DNA of 63,100 bases, filler included, from Collodictyon triciliatum (Eukaryota), in assembly GCA_043381765.1 (NCBI GenBank). It is 6 parts of 6 records of this genome, joined end to end, with 100 filler letters (N's around TTAATTAATTAA, not from the genome) between each part and the next. Parts side by side here need not be neighbours in the genome. Positions count along the whole stretch, not along the records: positions 29,168 to 40,714 come from JBHJMP010002379.1; positions 40,815 to 52,356 come from JBHJMP010002380.1; 4 more parts are not named here. One strand, written 5' to 3'. Positions 37,660 to 50,117 of the stretch are shown piece by piece (position 1 is the first letter of the stretch; every line of letters begins with the position of its first letter). Under the pieces are notes generated by a model. The model had not been told where the DNA came from. It was given only the letters and a program-made list of their open reading frames with translations, and made no database searches. The translations under genes and the position numbers were made by a program.

Positions 37660-39791
37660 ATTTTTTTGCTGTGGTGCGGCAGTACAAATGTATCTTCGCT
37701 TGCATGAGCAAGCAACGCCGGGCTGAAACATTTTGATGCGTATGGGCATATTTGTAGTGACCTTTTGGTTTCATTTTCCGATTTGATATCCTCAGTTTAA
37801 AACAATCACGTATAAAACTAACGATGGTGTAATCACTCTTTACTGACGGATAAGAACGAGTGGAAATAAAGGTTACAAAATATCAAAATCGGCCTTTCTC
37901 CTGATAGATGAACGAACGGTTTGAATCAAAGGTGAGAAAATAAACCACGGCAGATTGTACTAAAGATTAATGAATTTTACTTTCGGTATTTAATGAAAGA
38001 ATGAATTTTTTGTCAGTAAAAAAAATTACGTGAAGAGACTGCCACCATAATGATCAAAAGAAATGAAATGTATTAATAATTATCTACTCAAAAAAGAAAA
38101 AGAAAAAGGAAAAGGAAAAAGGAAAAAGGAAAAAGAAAAAAGAAAAAAGAAAAAGAAAAAGAAAAAGAAAAGGAAAGAGAAAATGTAAAAGAAAAAGATA
38201 AACAAGAGATAAACAAAATTCATGCCTCCCATACATTATAGGAGACAACGACTTCTCGCATAAGTTCCTGTAAGTCAGAGAAGGGAGAATCGAGGACAAG
38301 ACCGGCTACCGTTGGGTCGCTGCTAGCATACATTATGGATGATACTGCACCCATACTTCTTCCCCAAAGCCCTGCATAGTTCAATAAATTCAATGAATAT
38401 AATAGTCTTACATCATTTATTTTTTGACATTCTATGAGCGAGTGATACATTATAGTTCTAGGGGTTAACTTTAAACTAGCATTCATTATCTTTTTAAGAT
38501 AGTGGTGCCACCTATACAAGACGCCATTCGGTTCGTTCTCAGATACTGAACGATAGAGCCGATGTCATGTTGTTCAAAGTGTCCAAGACTTATTGTTTCG
38601 CCTGGATTGCCCAAATCGATGTTTTAAAGGGCGCATTTTTATTCATGGCTATTTTCATGCATCATTCATGTTGATCCATAAAAAGGAAAAGGCCTTGACA
38701 GTCTAATTTTTTTTAATACCATCCGAAATACCACATCCAGCAAAGTCGAACCCGACCACTGTAATTCCCATAGGCACGAGCATTTCAACAGCCTCAAACG
38801 AATCAAGCCTGTTCAAAAAAAAGTTGGTTAAATAAACCGACAGCATTAACAGCAAACGTTGAAAGTAAAATTCATGAAAACGACTTTCTCTTATTTACTG
38901 TCTCACTCGTAAAACACGATTATTCAGGGAATTTTGGTTGAAGGAAAAAGGAAAGAGAGTATGTCAAATCGACTGTGATAAATATTGAGAATAAAAAGAA
39001 AAACATACCTATTTCCACAATTTCCATGGCAATAAATGACACAGGGAAGGTTTTCTGTGCTCTCTATGCCATTGGGAAACTCCGATTCCACTGATGGTGG
39101 TCGAAAATGACTGCATTTGATACTTAAGCCTCGGGGGTTGACCACCTTTTTGAGAAACATAATCAAATGGCAATTACGTGATGATGATACAAAAGGATAT
39201 AATAACATTTAGGTTTAGAAGACTGCTACACTCAGAACTAACTACTTCGTTTGCTTGGTGTTTCTCTTAATTTTTTCCCCTTTGGTTGATGTCAGAAAAG
39301 AGAGATGGTAGCTTCAGTCGAAAAAAAAATATGTTTTAAAAAAAAACCAAAACATCTAAAACGTGCTTAACACCTCAAAATCAAATCTTTGGTAGGCTTG
39401 ATTCTCCACCGAAAAGTACACAGGGCCCAGGTCGGAGTCGTCATAGAAGGACCTACAGGAGCAGATAATGTGTTGGCGAGACTGATAATTTAGAAAAATA
39501 AGATATAATGAGACATAATAAACTAGAATAAACTAGTATTAGTAATATTTTTTGAAAGGAAAACACTGGATGGTATTGCATAAATGGATTTCGAAGGGTG
39601 CCGCTTCACTCGAGAAGCTTATGAGTCACTCTTTCGAATGATTATAATAACATGACCATTTTTTTAACCAAACGAGAGAGAAAATAAGATAGAAAAGGAA
39701 AGCAATAGAGAAAAAAAAGAAAAGAGAAAAAGGGGGAAAACCTGGTTGGGCGATAAATCAGGCGGCAGACATTATCCCAAGTTTCAAACAT
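37660..39791 (-). CDS. Alpha/beta-hydrolase (YqkD/ABHD-like, GRSMG nucleophile); continues into the N gap
   Basis: MFETWDNVCRLIYRPTR..LPCVIYCHGNCGNR..GITVVGFDFAGCGISD..GLWGRSMGAVSS..LVLDSPFSDL..CFSPALLAHASEDTFVLPHHS. The catalytic His exon is presumably in the gap at 36953-37644. Confidence 0.9.
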
Positions 39792-40585
39792 GTTTCTGCG
39801 CTTGATCAAGAGCTTTCCTGGCCAGATTGAAGCGTGTGTGTCTTTGTGCGTGTTTACGGCTTTAGGTTCAGTTCGGGCAGAATCAGAGGAGCGCCCGGTT
39901 TCTCAGAGAAAGTGTGTTGTTGTGTTTGTCTTGTTTGCAAAGTCTGCTGCGAAGCGATGCAACTTGCGAAGGGTGCGTGGGTGCAATATGGTTCTATTTA
40001 TGGAATTTAATATATATTCATTATCTGTCAAGCAAGATCGATCCTAACCTGCCATGTAAGCATATATTTTAGACACAAATATATAATTATGTAACATATA
40101 ATTTGTATTATTCCAATTTTAGAAAGCGTTGCACCGTCTGTGCGCGTTTGAATCAAACCAAAGATTTTTTTTTCCTTTATTCCATTCAAAAAGGGAATCA
40201 ATCCAGAGGTAATCGCATCACAACTTTGATCACAATCAGCCGATCAACAATCCACGAGCAGAATGAGTCACCAAAGAAAACAAGCAAAGCGCCATCCCAG
40301 TCGCAGCACCCACAACAATTATTCCTCTTCAACCATAGGAACAGCGCCTTCCAGCAAAGCAAACGCGACATATACATTCCCCTTCCTTTCACATCAACCA
40401 ATAGTCGCACCCTACCAAGCCAGTTGTTATATTGGTACTTCGCGAAAAAAGGTACGGCCTAGCCACAAGTTTTTTTAATACATATTTTATACCATATTTT
40501 TATATATAAAAGCACTATCAAAGGAAGAAACATCGACCTATATCTAAGCTCGCTTCTCTCCAGGGTGTTGATTCCAAGTGCGATC

Positions 40586-40714
40586 ATGGTTTCTCCTGCT
40601 CGCCGCCCAAGTGAGATTGCCGCTCGGATGTTTTGGCCGACTCTGCTATTATGGACATTGCTTTCTCTTTTTACATCTGTCGCAGTAAGAGGAAATACTC
40701 TGTGTCCCGAAACG
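40586..40714 (+). CDS. 5' end of a probable secreted protein (signal peptide), truncated by contig end
   Basis: MVSPARRPSEIAARMFWPTLLLWTLLSLFTSVAVRGNTLCPET: hydrophobic h-region followed by a small-residue cleavage-like site. Confidence 0.5.
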
Positions 40715-40814
40715 NNNNNNNNNNNNNNNNNNNNNNNNNNNNNNNNNNNNNNNNNNNNTTAATTAATTAANNNNNNNNNNNNNNNNNNNNNNNNNNNNNN
40801 NNNNNNNNNNNNNN
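40715..40814. other. Artificial contig linker
   Basis: N44-TTAATTAATTAA-N44. Confidence 0.97.
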
Positions 40815-40894
<80 letters not shown>

Positions 40895-41080
40895 AAAAAA
40901 AAACAAAAAAAAAAAAAAAAAAACAAAAAAACAAAAAAAATACTCGTATTTAAAGTCATCCATTCACGATCTCTTCAGAAGCAGCTTTCAGTAACTATCC
41001 TTCTTGAATTCCTAAGGAGATATCCTTAACCTCTTCAGTCATTATTTAGTTTCGATTGCAGTTTTGAAGCAGCATACCCA

Positions 41081-42563
41081 ATGCCAAAGGTCAAACGCAT
41101 CAGCTCCGTCTGGACGAAGCTATGGACGCCTCTGGGCCACATGAATGTTTTCAAATGGGTCAAAGGTCTGTTATTCCTTGTATTTTTAAGTGTTTCCTCC
41201 TATATCCTTTTTTCTTCTTACTCTTCAATCGCCTTTTGCGCGAATGGAGCAAGCAACCTTACCCTTCGCAGCCTTCACGATAATGATTGTATTTGAAGTA
41301 TCTAAATTAAATGCTCGACAAAATCCAGTCACTCCGGAACAGATTGTAGAAGATGTATGCAGATATAATAAATGAAGTCATTCGGAGCCTTTTTTTCACC
41401 TTTGCATATTTCATACATCACATTATGATAATAGCACTTAAACCAGAGAACAACAAAAATAACAACCACAATAATAACAACCACAAAAATAACAACCACA
41501 AAAATAACAACCACAAAAATAACAACCACAAAAATAACAAAATGAACAAGTGAAATAACAAAGAAAGGAAAAGAAAGGAAAAGAAAATATAAGAAAAGAA
41601 AAAACAAACAAAAACAAACAAACAAAAAAACCACTCATTTCATAGGCAAAAGAAGCATTCACCATCCTGCACAAAATTGAAAGGAAGAATAAAAAAAAAT
41701 AGGCAAAAGAAGCATATGACCTGAAAAAAGTTGAAATCGTTGACGATGGAAACAAAGAGAACCTTGGAGCCGAAGGACGTGGAAAACAGGAAGCTGGAAG
41801 TGGCTCATCATACGCTCGTGACTACGAAGCTATGACGTCAGAGCAACCGTTCTTGAGCGATGTTGGACTGAACCATGATTCTAGAGAAGATGCCGACAAA
41901 GAACATCATCCGAATAATAGAGAAGACGACTCCGGCCATTTGGTTGAAAAAGAAAACGTCGCAGAAGGTTTTCTCTTCTTTCCAAAAACAAAATATGTAA
42001 TGATAATAATATCATCAAAAGAGACGATATAAACTTATTCGAATTTATTAAGGCAAGGATGACAACGACGAGACCATGGAAGATGAAAAGAACAGACTTT
42101 TAGAAGACGAAGCTCGTGAGGCAGATAACCAAGGAAATGATGAAGGCGATAACATTGACAAAGAAAAGGAAATGGAAAAGACAAACGACCCAAACTCTGA
42201 CAACGAAGAAAACAGCGAATCTGGCGAATCTGATGAGAATGAAGACTTTGGTGATATAGATGAAGGAGAAAGTAGCTCTGGGGATGCAGAACACCAAAAA
42301 AGGTTTCTAGACATGAACGAGAGCATAACTAACAGCGGAAACTTCACAGAGTTCTTGCAGGGGCAAAAGGGTACGCAGGAAGGTAAATCGTTTAAGCATT
42401 GCATTTGCCTTGTCATGAGCTCACGTGCTTCCCTTTTACATATGAATTCACACAAATTTAGTAATCAAAGCATAGTGAAAAATCAAGTATCAAAAATCAT
42501 TGAAATGATGATAAAGAAAAATATATCCACATAGGAACGGACACTACCAGTAATGAAAACTGA
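41081..42563 (+). CDS. BCL7-like protein (SWI/SNF accessory subunit family) with long acidic disordered tail
   Basis: Spliced N-terminus MPKVKRISSVWTKLWTPLGHMNVFKWVK|VTPEQIVED resembles the BCL7 core ([25 protein letters not shown]). In-frame D/E/N-rich exons run to GTDTTSNEN*. The true start could be further upstream. Confidence 0.65.
41455..41540. repeat. Intronic 15-mer repeat (AATAACAACCACAAA)n
   Basis: Directly visible. Confidence 0.9.
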
Positions 42564-44896
42564 AAAATCATCCCGTACCATGAAATATGTCGAGGACCAA
42601 AAATTGCACATGATATGAAACACATGAGTGTAACTTCTCATCGCCAGCCCAATAAAAATAAACTAAAAGTTAATTTCAGCGTCCTGTTTTTTTTTTTTAA
42701 AAAAAAAAAACCGAAATTTCATTATATTAATTCTTTTGTCTCAATCAGATATCCATTCGGCAATAAATTAAAAAAAAAAAAAAAAGAAAATAAGAATAAA
42801 ACTTCTTGAGCGACCCGGTACCACAGAATCTCCGCTACATCATGGTGATGGGTCCCACAACATTTTCTCTGAAATCCTTACGTCAATCAGTTTATCGGCT
42901 TCAGCCTCGTGTTTTTAAATCCCTACAACAAAAATGATCAACTATGTGCAAGCTCTATCCCGCCGTTATTGTCCCTAGCACATTGGGCTTTACCAAACAC
43001 TATTCTGTGTCGATTCTACTCAAACTTTCAGCTTCGAATTCTTTTCATGAGCTTCAAACGCAGTCCTTCTTTTGCGCCCGTACCAGGCATTGCCAACAAG
43101 TGCGGTCCAACTCCAAATCTGAAAGGATGTCGTACTCATTCTGGCGCTCTTAACGCACTTTTTTATTTAAGGATTAGAACTGGACTACTTGGCCAAATGA
43201 CGAAGCAGCAGGTTAATTGAATCGGCCTACTCAAGGAGATATGTCCGACTAGAAGAGCTCCAAAAAGTGTAGTACATTCGCCGATTCGAAATACCACAGC
43301 TTATATATCAAGCTTAGAGCCTTTCCCACGTTCCATGCGCCCGAATGTGAGGCTAAATTGTGTCACTTCATAACTCAGTCTAACTTATAAGTGGATATGT
43401 GCGAGTTAACACCACTTAGTGACATGCATTAGTAGTGAAACAAAAATAAAATCATCAAAATTCAGAACATCTTTAGCCGCCACCGCCCGGCACCACCAAA
43501 ACCATATAAACTACCAATAGTATTGATGAAGGCCAAGTGGTATACTTAATTACATCTGGGTCATGTTCAAAGTACCATCACTTCATGATTGGTTCACTTC
43601 CATCCGGTATGCATAACGTTCTTCATGGTAGAATTTTATTTGTATTAACTATTTCTATCATGCAATTGCAGAGTTTGGTCATTCGGCTCAAGGGCTCTGA
43701 GTTATCTCATAGAGATGGAAAGTTATTCGAGCATTTGTCGCAGGTCTTGCAAATGTAATCGGGCAGCAACTTTGAGTATCTTGGGCGGCCTAAAGGAATT
43801 CGCTTCATGCAATCTCCAAACCCAGGGAAATCGTTTGGGGTGTCGCTAGGATTGAATGTGGGTATGACGGCCATGAAATGCATAAGAGATTTCAACGACT
43901 GGTGCAGTGTACCTGGGATTGGATATTTGATTTTAAATATATTTGAATTTTGGCAGAGGATACTTCCCTCTACCCAACAATGACACACCATGCGTTTCGG
44001 CATTCTATCACGTAATGCTTGGGTATAAACAGCCCACACAGGCGGAAAGGGGTTTACAAGACAGCTCTTTTCACCCACGTGGAAATCATATTCCACTTCT
44101 CGAATGCAAACCCAACTGCAGCCATCCTGAACAACAAAGGAGAATGGCACTCTCGTCGCCCCATCTCATGCGGAGCGCCGTCGCCATTTTTCTTTCGTCT
44201 GAAGAACCAAAGACAGTCAAACACACATGAATATCCGCAACTCTCAATGTGTATGACATATTCCGAGCCCTTTCGATATATATTTATCAGCCTGAATCCT
44301 TAAAAACCGGGAATAAAATGTGTCGATGGGCCGAAAACTATAGACATTATAGACCCGCCGATAGTCAAAAGCTGAAAGCAAGTGCACATCTCAGCTGCTC
44401 TCGAAACATCACGCGCTACTGCTCAATAATTCCGACAGAGAGCTGTGGATAGGTATGCGTGTGGTCCATGCGACAAGGGAGATGTGGGAAAGCGTCGTAA
44501 GACATCCGTCATCACATCACAGTCCCTTATACCTTCACATTCAACCAACCTGTTGCCACTCTCGCACAACAAACTTGCTGTCACTGATTCCTTTCTAGTA
44601 ATCGCCTTTACTCATAAGTTTTTCATACTCGCGTTTGCTTTCTACCGTGCTCCCTTGACCCGCCCTTGTATGGTTCAACCCTCTTGAAGTAAAAGTCGAA
44701 TACAAAATGGAAAGTTTGATTTAACACCCTCAATATATATATAATACACTTTTGATGCATATTATCATTTTTGATTGAGATTTATTGCTTTTATTTTAGC
44801 TTGCTTGAGCGAGAATAATGTCCCTGTGAATGGAATGATTCTGAAGATAGATATCATTTGAGATGCTAATATCTGTTTTGCTTGATATCAAGCCTC

Positions 44897-47800
44897 CTAT
44901 TTTTCATCCAAAACAGTCACACCGTCATAGCTCAGAGCACTCACAATCCCCAGCAGTACCTTCATCGGTCTATCAACGGGATTGGTCTCGCAGTACTCGC
45001 TCAAACGATCGATGGCATCTTTTTTCTGGGCGCTTGTCATTTGAGTGAAGTGCTGGAACGGCATGGACGCGTTTTGCTTGGATTTTGCTGTGTTAATTTC
45101 TTGCTCTCCGCTTTCTTGAGTGTCGGCAAGCAGCTCATGAATTTGTGTGCGGCTTGTTCTATAGCGATATTGTTAAGCATTTAAAATGTACTGACTAATA
45201 GAGACTTCAATTATAGCTCGAACTCATGTGTTGGTCTCGTATCGACTCACTTTCCCTTGACCACCACACATTCCAGCGGTCTTGATATCATGCGCGGCTG
45301 AATGGAGCTGCGCGTCTCCTCGCTTATGATGACATTTGTCTTGTATCGCTTGTTCAATCCTTCGAGCCTAATCGCAAAACATCAATCACGGCATAGCTCA
45401 CAAACATCATTTCACATAATATGATAGCAGTATACATGACATGAAGGATATTTCCGCACCTCGACGCCAAGTTCATGCTATCTCCGATAGAGTCGTATTT
45501 CATTCTCTCTGAAGACCCGATGTTACCAGCATAGACTGGACCAGTATGTACGCCGATACGGACATTGAGAGGCTCTTTAATCAGTCTCTTTGACAGCCAC
45601 ATATTGTTGAGCTCTCCCATTACGCGCTTTATTTTTATTTTTGGTGTAGAATTCAGAGTCTCATATGTGTAATATCGATAAATATTCAGCCAGCATGAAT
45701 GTTTTACTCACAGTGTATCGAACAGCACAAATGCAGGCACATAGGGCGTGGTCAGGCACATCGGTTGGCGCGTTCCATACAGCCTATTCATAAAAATAAA
45801 AATAAATTTGAAGCTGACTATGATTCATCTTCCATATAAAATAAGTTTCAATATTTTTCTCTTTATTCGATTGAAAGACTAGAATAAATGTCACATAAAC
45901 TTCACTAACCACGACCGCATCGCCGATAAAGTCGACCACGGTTCCGCCTGTCGCTATGATGATTCTAGAGACCTCTTCGAGATAGTCCTCCAATATCTCG
46001 ACAAGTACCTCCGCTGATATGGACTCAGATAACGTCGTGAACCCTTCGATGTCTGTAATCAAAAGCATTGAATTATGGTGTGTTTCGCAAGCAGCTGGGG
46101 TTTCCTTCCCCTATAGCTTTATTTCTGATGCTTCAAATACAACTATCGCGTCAATTACAGAAATGTAATTGTCTGGCTTCATCAAACCATAAATGAATGA
46201 CCTGTGAACATCACCGTCACGTTCCTGCGGTCTAAAAACAGCTGGCCTTGGTTGTTTGAGTCTGCGACTATTCTCTTGACAACAGCCATGGGTACAAACT
46301 TTCCGAAAGACTGCAAAGCTGTGTCCATTACCTGGTTTCATAAATAGTTGAGATTCACATTTTTGGACTCTAATATTATTGTTATCACAGTAAGTAAAAA
46401 AATTAATGAAGAATTGCAACCTTGAATGAAGATTGAATCATCCGAATCTCGCTCAGGGTAGAGCTTGAGTCACCCTGGTTTCAATTGTTTGATTCGAATC
46501 AATAGGTTATTTCACATATAGAGCACACGATGTGCTGGTTACTTTTAGCTTGCATTTAAAACACATGTAATGTCTTTTGAAAAGTTCGGTAGAAATATTT
46601 ATTATTTGAATTGTAATAATTTTATTATATATATATTACCGATGCTCTTTTCTCAAAGTTGAGCTTGGATATGTTTTGCATGGCTTCTGCGACCACTTTC
46701 AATGGCCTGAGTTACAAAAATAGTTGAAAGATGTTTTCTTGAAATATGACAAATATTTAAGCATTCATGTTTTTTAAACAATATCTATATAAATACTCCA
46801 CCTGCTGATGTAAGTCGACACAACCATTGTGATGACCAGTGTGACAACAAAAAGCACAGCGGTAAGAACTGATGAAACAATAATCATGCTGTCGATTTTT
46901 CCATAAATGTCGTCTCTTGGAATCAGCACCACGATAGTCCATTCGATTCCACCTCGAGGGTCGATTAGAGTTGAAGCCAATGCAAAGTATTGAATATTGC
47001 CTTGCTTGAAAGAATAGGACCTTGTATTTGTTATGGGTTTGATGTGTCCATTTTCGTCCTTATCCAAAGCGTTTGCAGACTTTATCATAAGACTGTTCTT
47101 TGTCTGCAAGTACGTGTAATGACTTCCTGTCGAGTCGTAAAAAGAAGCACCCAAAGTGTTTGCGATTACCCTTGTGTCCTTTTGCAAAATATATGAATAT
47201 CCATTTTCGCTTGTCTTTATCGCGTCAAGGATGCTTTGAACGACTGAAAGGTACATAGTGACTCCAAAGACTCCTATAATCCTTTGGTTTGTTTTGTAGT
47301 CATATATGGGCCGAGCTGCACTTATGCCGAGAATAACTCCTGATGGGTTCCATGATGTATACACAGGACCCCATGTGGGACCTTTCGCTTTTGTTGCTGC
47401 GATATACCAAGCTCTTTTTGTCACATCAAAGTTTGAGAAAGAGTTTATCAGGCGCATTTCGTTTATTGGACTCGCAAGTAAGGAGTTATTATTTGAGGAG
47501 TACATTCTCAACGTGTTATTTGTTGAGCGTTCACTACACCCCATTGAGCGTACTCCAAACTCATTGAACATTGCAACCAAGCCGTTATCTGTTTCTGAGC
47601 CGTAAAAAGCCTTTGGTAGCTTGTCAGTTCCGTTTGTCACCCCAAAAAAAGCTCTTCTTGCAGCATAAAAGTTGCAATGGTCTCGAACATTTTCGATGGA
47701 CCAGCCATGCATCGTCGAGTTCAGTGACCTTGTAAGCTCGTGTGGATTATCGAGAGCAGCTTGAACCTGACTCTTAATCCTCTCCATGGTTTGGTCTTGC

Positions 47801-48200
47801 AGTTGGTTCGAAATATTCTCTACTGCAGACAGTCCAAAGATATAGGAGGGTACAACACTCACCAAGGCAACAGATACAACGGAGAAGAAGGACAGCAGTA
47901 GAATCGAGTTACGCAAAGATATTGTGTGTTTAATGCTCTTCTTCAATTCGGTTTGTGACTGTTTCGAATATTACCGTGTTGGATTAATTGCGATGGTTTG
48001 ATAACTTGGCTGGCAGAAATTTTTTGGCATATGAAAATATCGCAAATACCTCACTTTATGCGATCAAGAAATATTGAGGATAAAGCGGATGGAAATTTAC
48101 TCACATCGGTCCAGGCGTTGTTATTTGGATCTCTGGGAGCGGGCGAGTCATCTGATGCCAGAGATATGCGCGGTTTGTTTTCTTGTGTGTGAGGTGTCAT
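44897..48200 (-). CDS. Membrane-anchored class III nucleotide cyclase: TM - Cache-type sensor - TM - HAMP-like - cyclase - TPR-like tail
   Basis: FDVTKRAWY..GPTWGPVY..IGVFGV..GYSYIL (Cache); SRPLKVVAEAMQNI (HAMP-like); SFGKFVP..VTVMFT|DIEGFTTLSE..VVDFIGDAVV..RIGVHTGPVYAGNIGS..YDSIGDSMNLASR|LEGLNKRY..VVVKGK..YDGVTVLDEK*. Confidence 0.92.
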
Positions 48201-50117
48201 TTTCTAAATAAGGTATGATAGCGCAGTAGATAATTTAGTGTCATATTATTCTTGAATAAACTAATCGCAGCACGAAATTCAAAGCATTTTATCAGAATAA
48301 AACTAATCGCCTCTTACAGTACATTTTATAAAAGAATAAGCGATGAAGAATTGAGGTTGAATGAAAATGATTATTCTATATGGGATGACTCTTGATGTAG
48401 TTGTTGAATGTTTTTAGAACGTAAAGAAATTACGCATTCAATTCTATTATCGATGTTATATTATTGAAATATTTTACTTTTATTTGTCGATGGTATTATT
48501 ATGCCTCTGAATGACAATTATTGTTATTGTTATTATTATGCCTCTGAATAACAATTGTTATTGTTATTATCATTATTATTATTATTTACAATTATCGATG
48601 TTATCATTCTTGAACAAGCATATATCATTACCAATGTCCTATTCTATCGATATTATGTGATATTGAATATGTTTGATTCGGATTTTGGTAGATGTTGGAT
48701 ACTGAATATTGAATAACATGCACAGTATTTTCTATGCTGAGTATTGGGCATTTGTTGTGTTGTCGGAGTGTTATAGATTGAGCTATTCCTATGCCTTGCT
48801 TCTTTTTGAACCATCACAACAACAGAACCTCTGAATTCCGCTGTGAATTTATATGCTACAACAAGTTTGATTGTCCCTATCGATTTTTAACCATATGCAC
48901 TCCTTTTATACGAGAAGATCTTGAGTATATATGGATATTATTTTTCTTTCAAAACAGGCTTGATTTTCGAGCTATAAAAGATATTGATGTTATACCCAGC
49001 AACTGAACCTATGGAATATTGGCATTGATGCGCTTCTGGCTAAAATACGATACGTATAGCAGCCGTCTCAGTCTTAGTGCGCTGTTATTAAGCCATTTAG
49101 CCACTCGAACATGGGTCGGCCGTTACTTTCGCAGGGCAACAAAGGCAATTTTTGGCGCGATTATTGATAAATTTCGATGTGTGTTGGCCATTTTGTCCAA
49201 TTTCTCATGAAGCTTCAGTAAGTTCGCGGCAAAAATTGCCATGGCACGCGACCGATTCTGAGTTCTACGATGCAGTCTATAAAAAGCTATGCTTATTCTA
49301 TGAGTTCATATAAAAAGAGGTGATGGGGATTTATGTAGCACTCGACTCAATTCGAATGATGATTTCAACCAGGTATTTTTCTTATTTTTAATCTCACTTC
49401 TATTGGAAATGTACACGATAATTTATATACATGTATGTGGAGTTCGAACACAGGTCTGAATTGTTGCGTAATTCTACACAATATCAATTCGTATCATGAA
49501 AGATCCTCAGCTGTATGTTCTTGTTGCGCGGAGATTGTAATTTTATTTTGTATCGTTAAATGAGGATGAAGAGCGTGAACTCAGCAACAATCCTCATGTT
49601 ACAATATATCTGCATGCAAATATGTATCTCTGGAGGTACTGGAAGGATGCAACGCTTCAATATACATTCATGAATACCCCGCAAGAAGTAGCCACATCAT
49701 TCGAGCGTAATAATAAAGTATCCATTGCGAAATAGACTTAAACGTGCCCATGAACGAATGTGGCTTACCTTCACTGCAATCTCATAGTTCAGATATCTTC
49801 TCATACCAAGCCTTGCCTTATTCTACTCTATTACAAGGGGAAAATAAAACCGTCCAGTTTTTAAGATAACAACTTCCAGTACTCCCAAAACTCTGTTGTT
49901 GGCCGGTCCCAGCTACATTCACCTCTCTGTAAACGAGTTGCTCAAAACTAGGCAAAAATAATATCCGCTCATCTTGACTTGCGGGCGGCTTCCTTGACTT
50001 GCGTGCAACACGCAGTTTCTCTTCACAAGTGTTGGAGCCAAAAGAACTGGCTGCAATTCTCAAAGTGTCGGATAGTCGGACTTGATGTTGCTCTCCTCGT
50101 CTGAACTTTTGCTTTTC

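Noticed and set aside
24957..37749. Long ORF-track entries made of X, or of poly-K/F/HT/CV/LF
   Set aside because: Artefacts of N gaps and microsatellites.
48700..50110. Transposase body next to the satellite
   Set aside because: Only short stop-ridden frames; no DDE or other motif and no terminal inverted repeat recognised.
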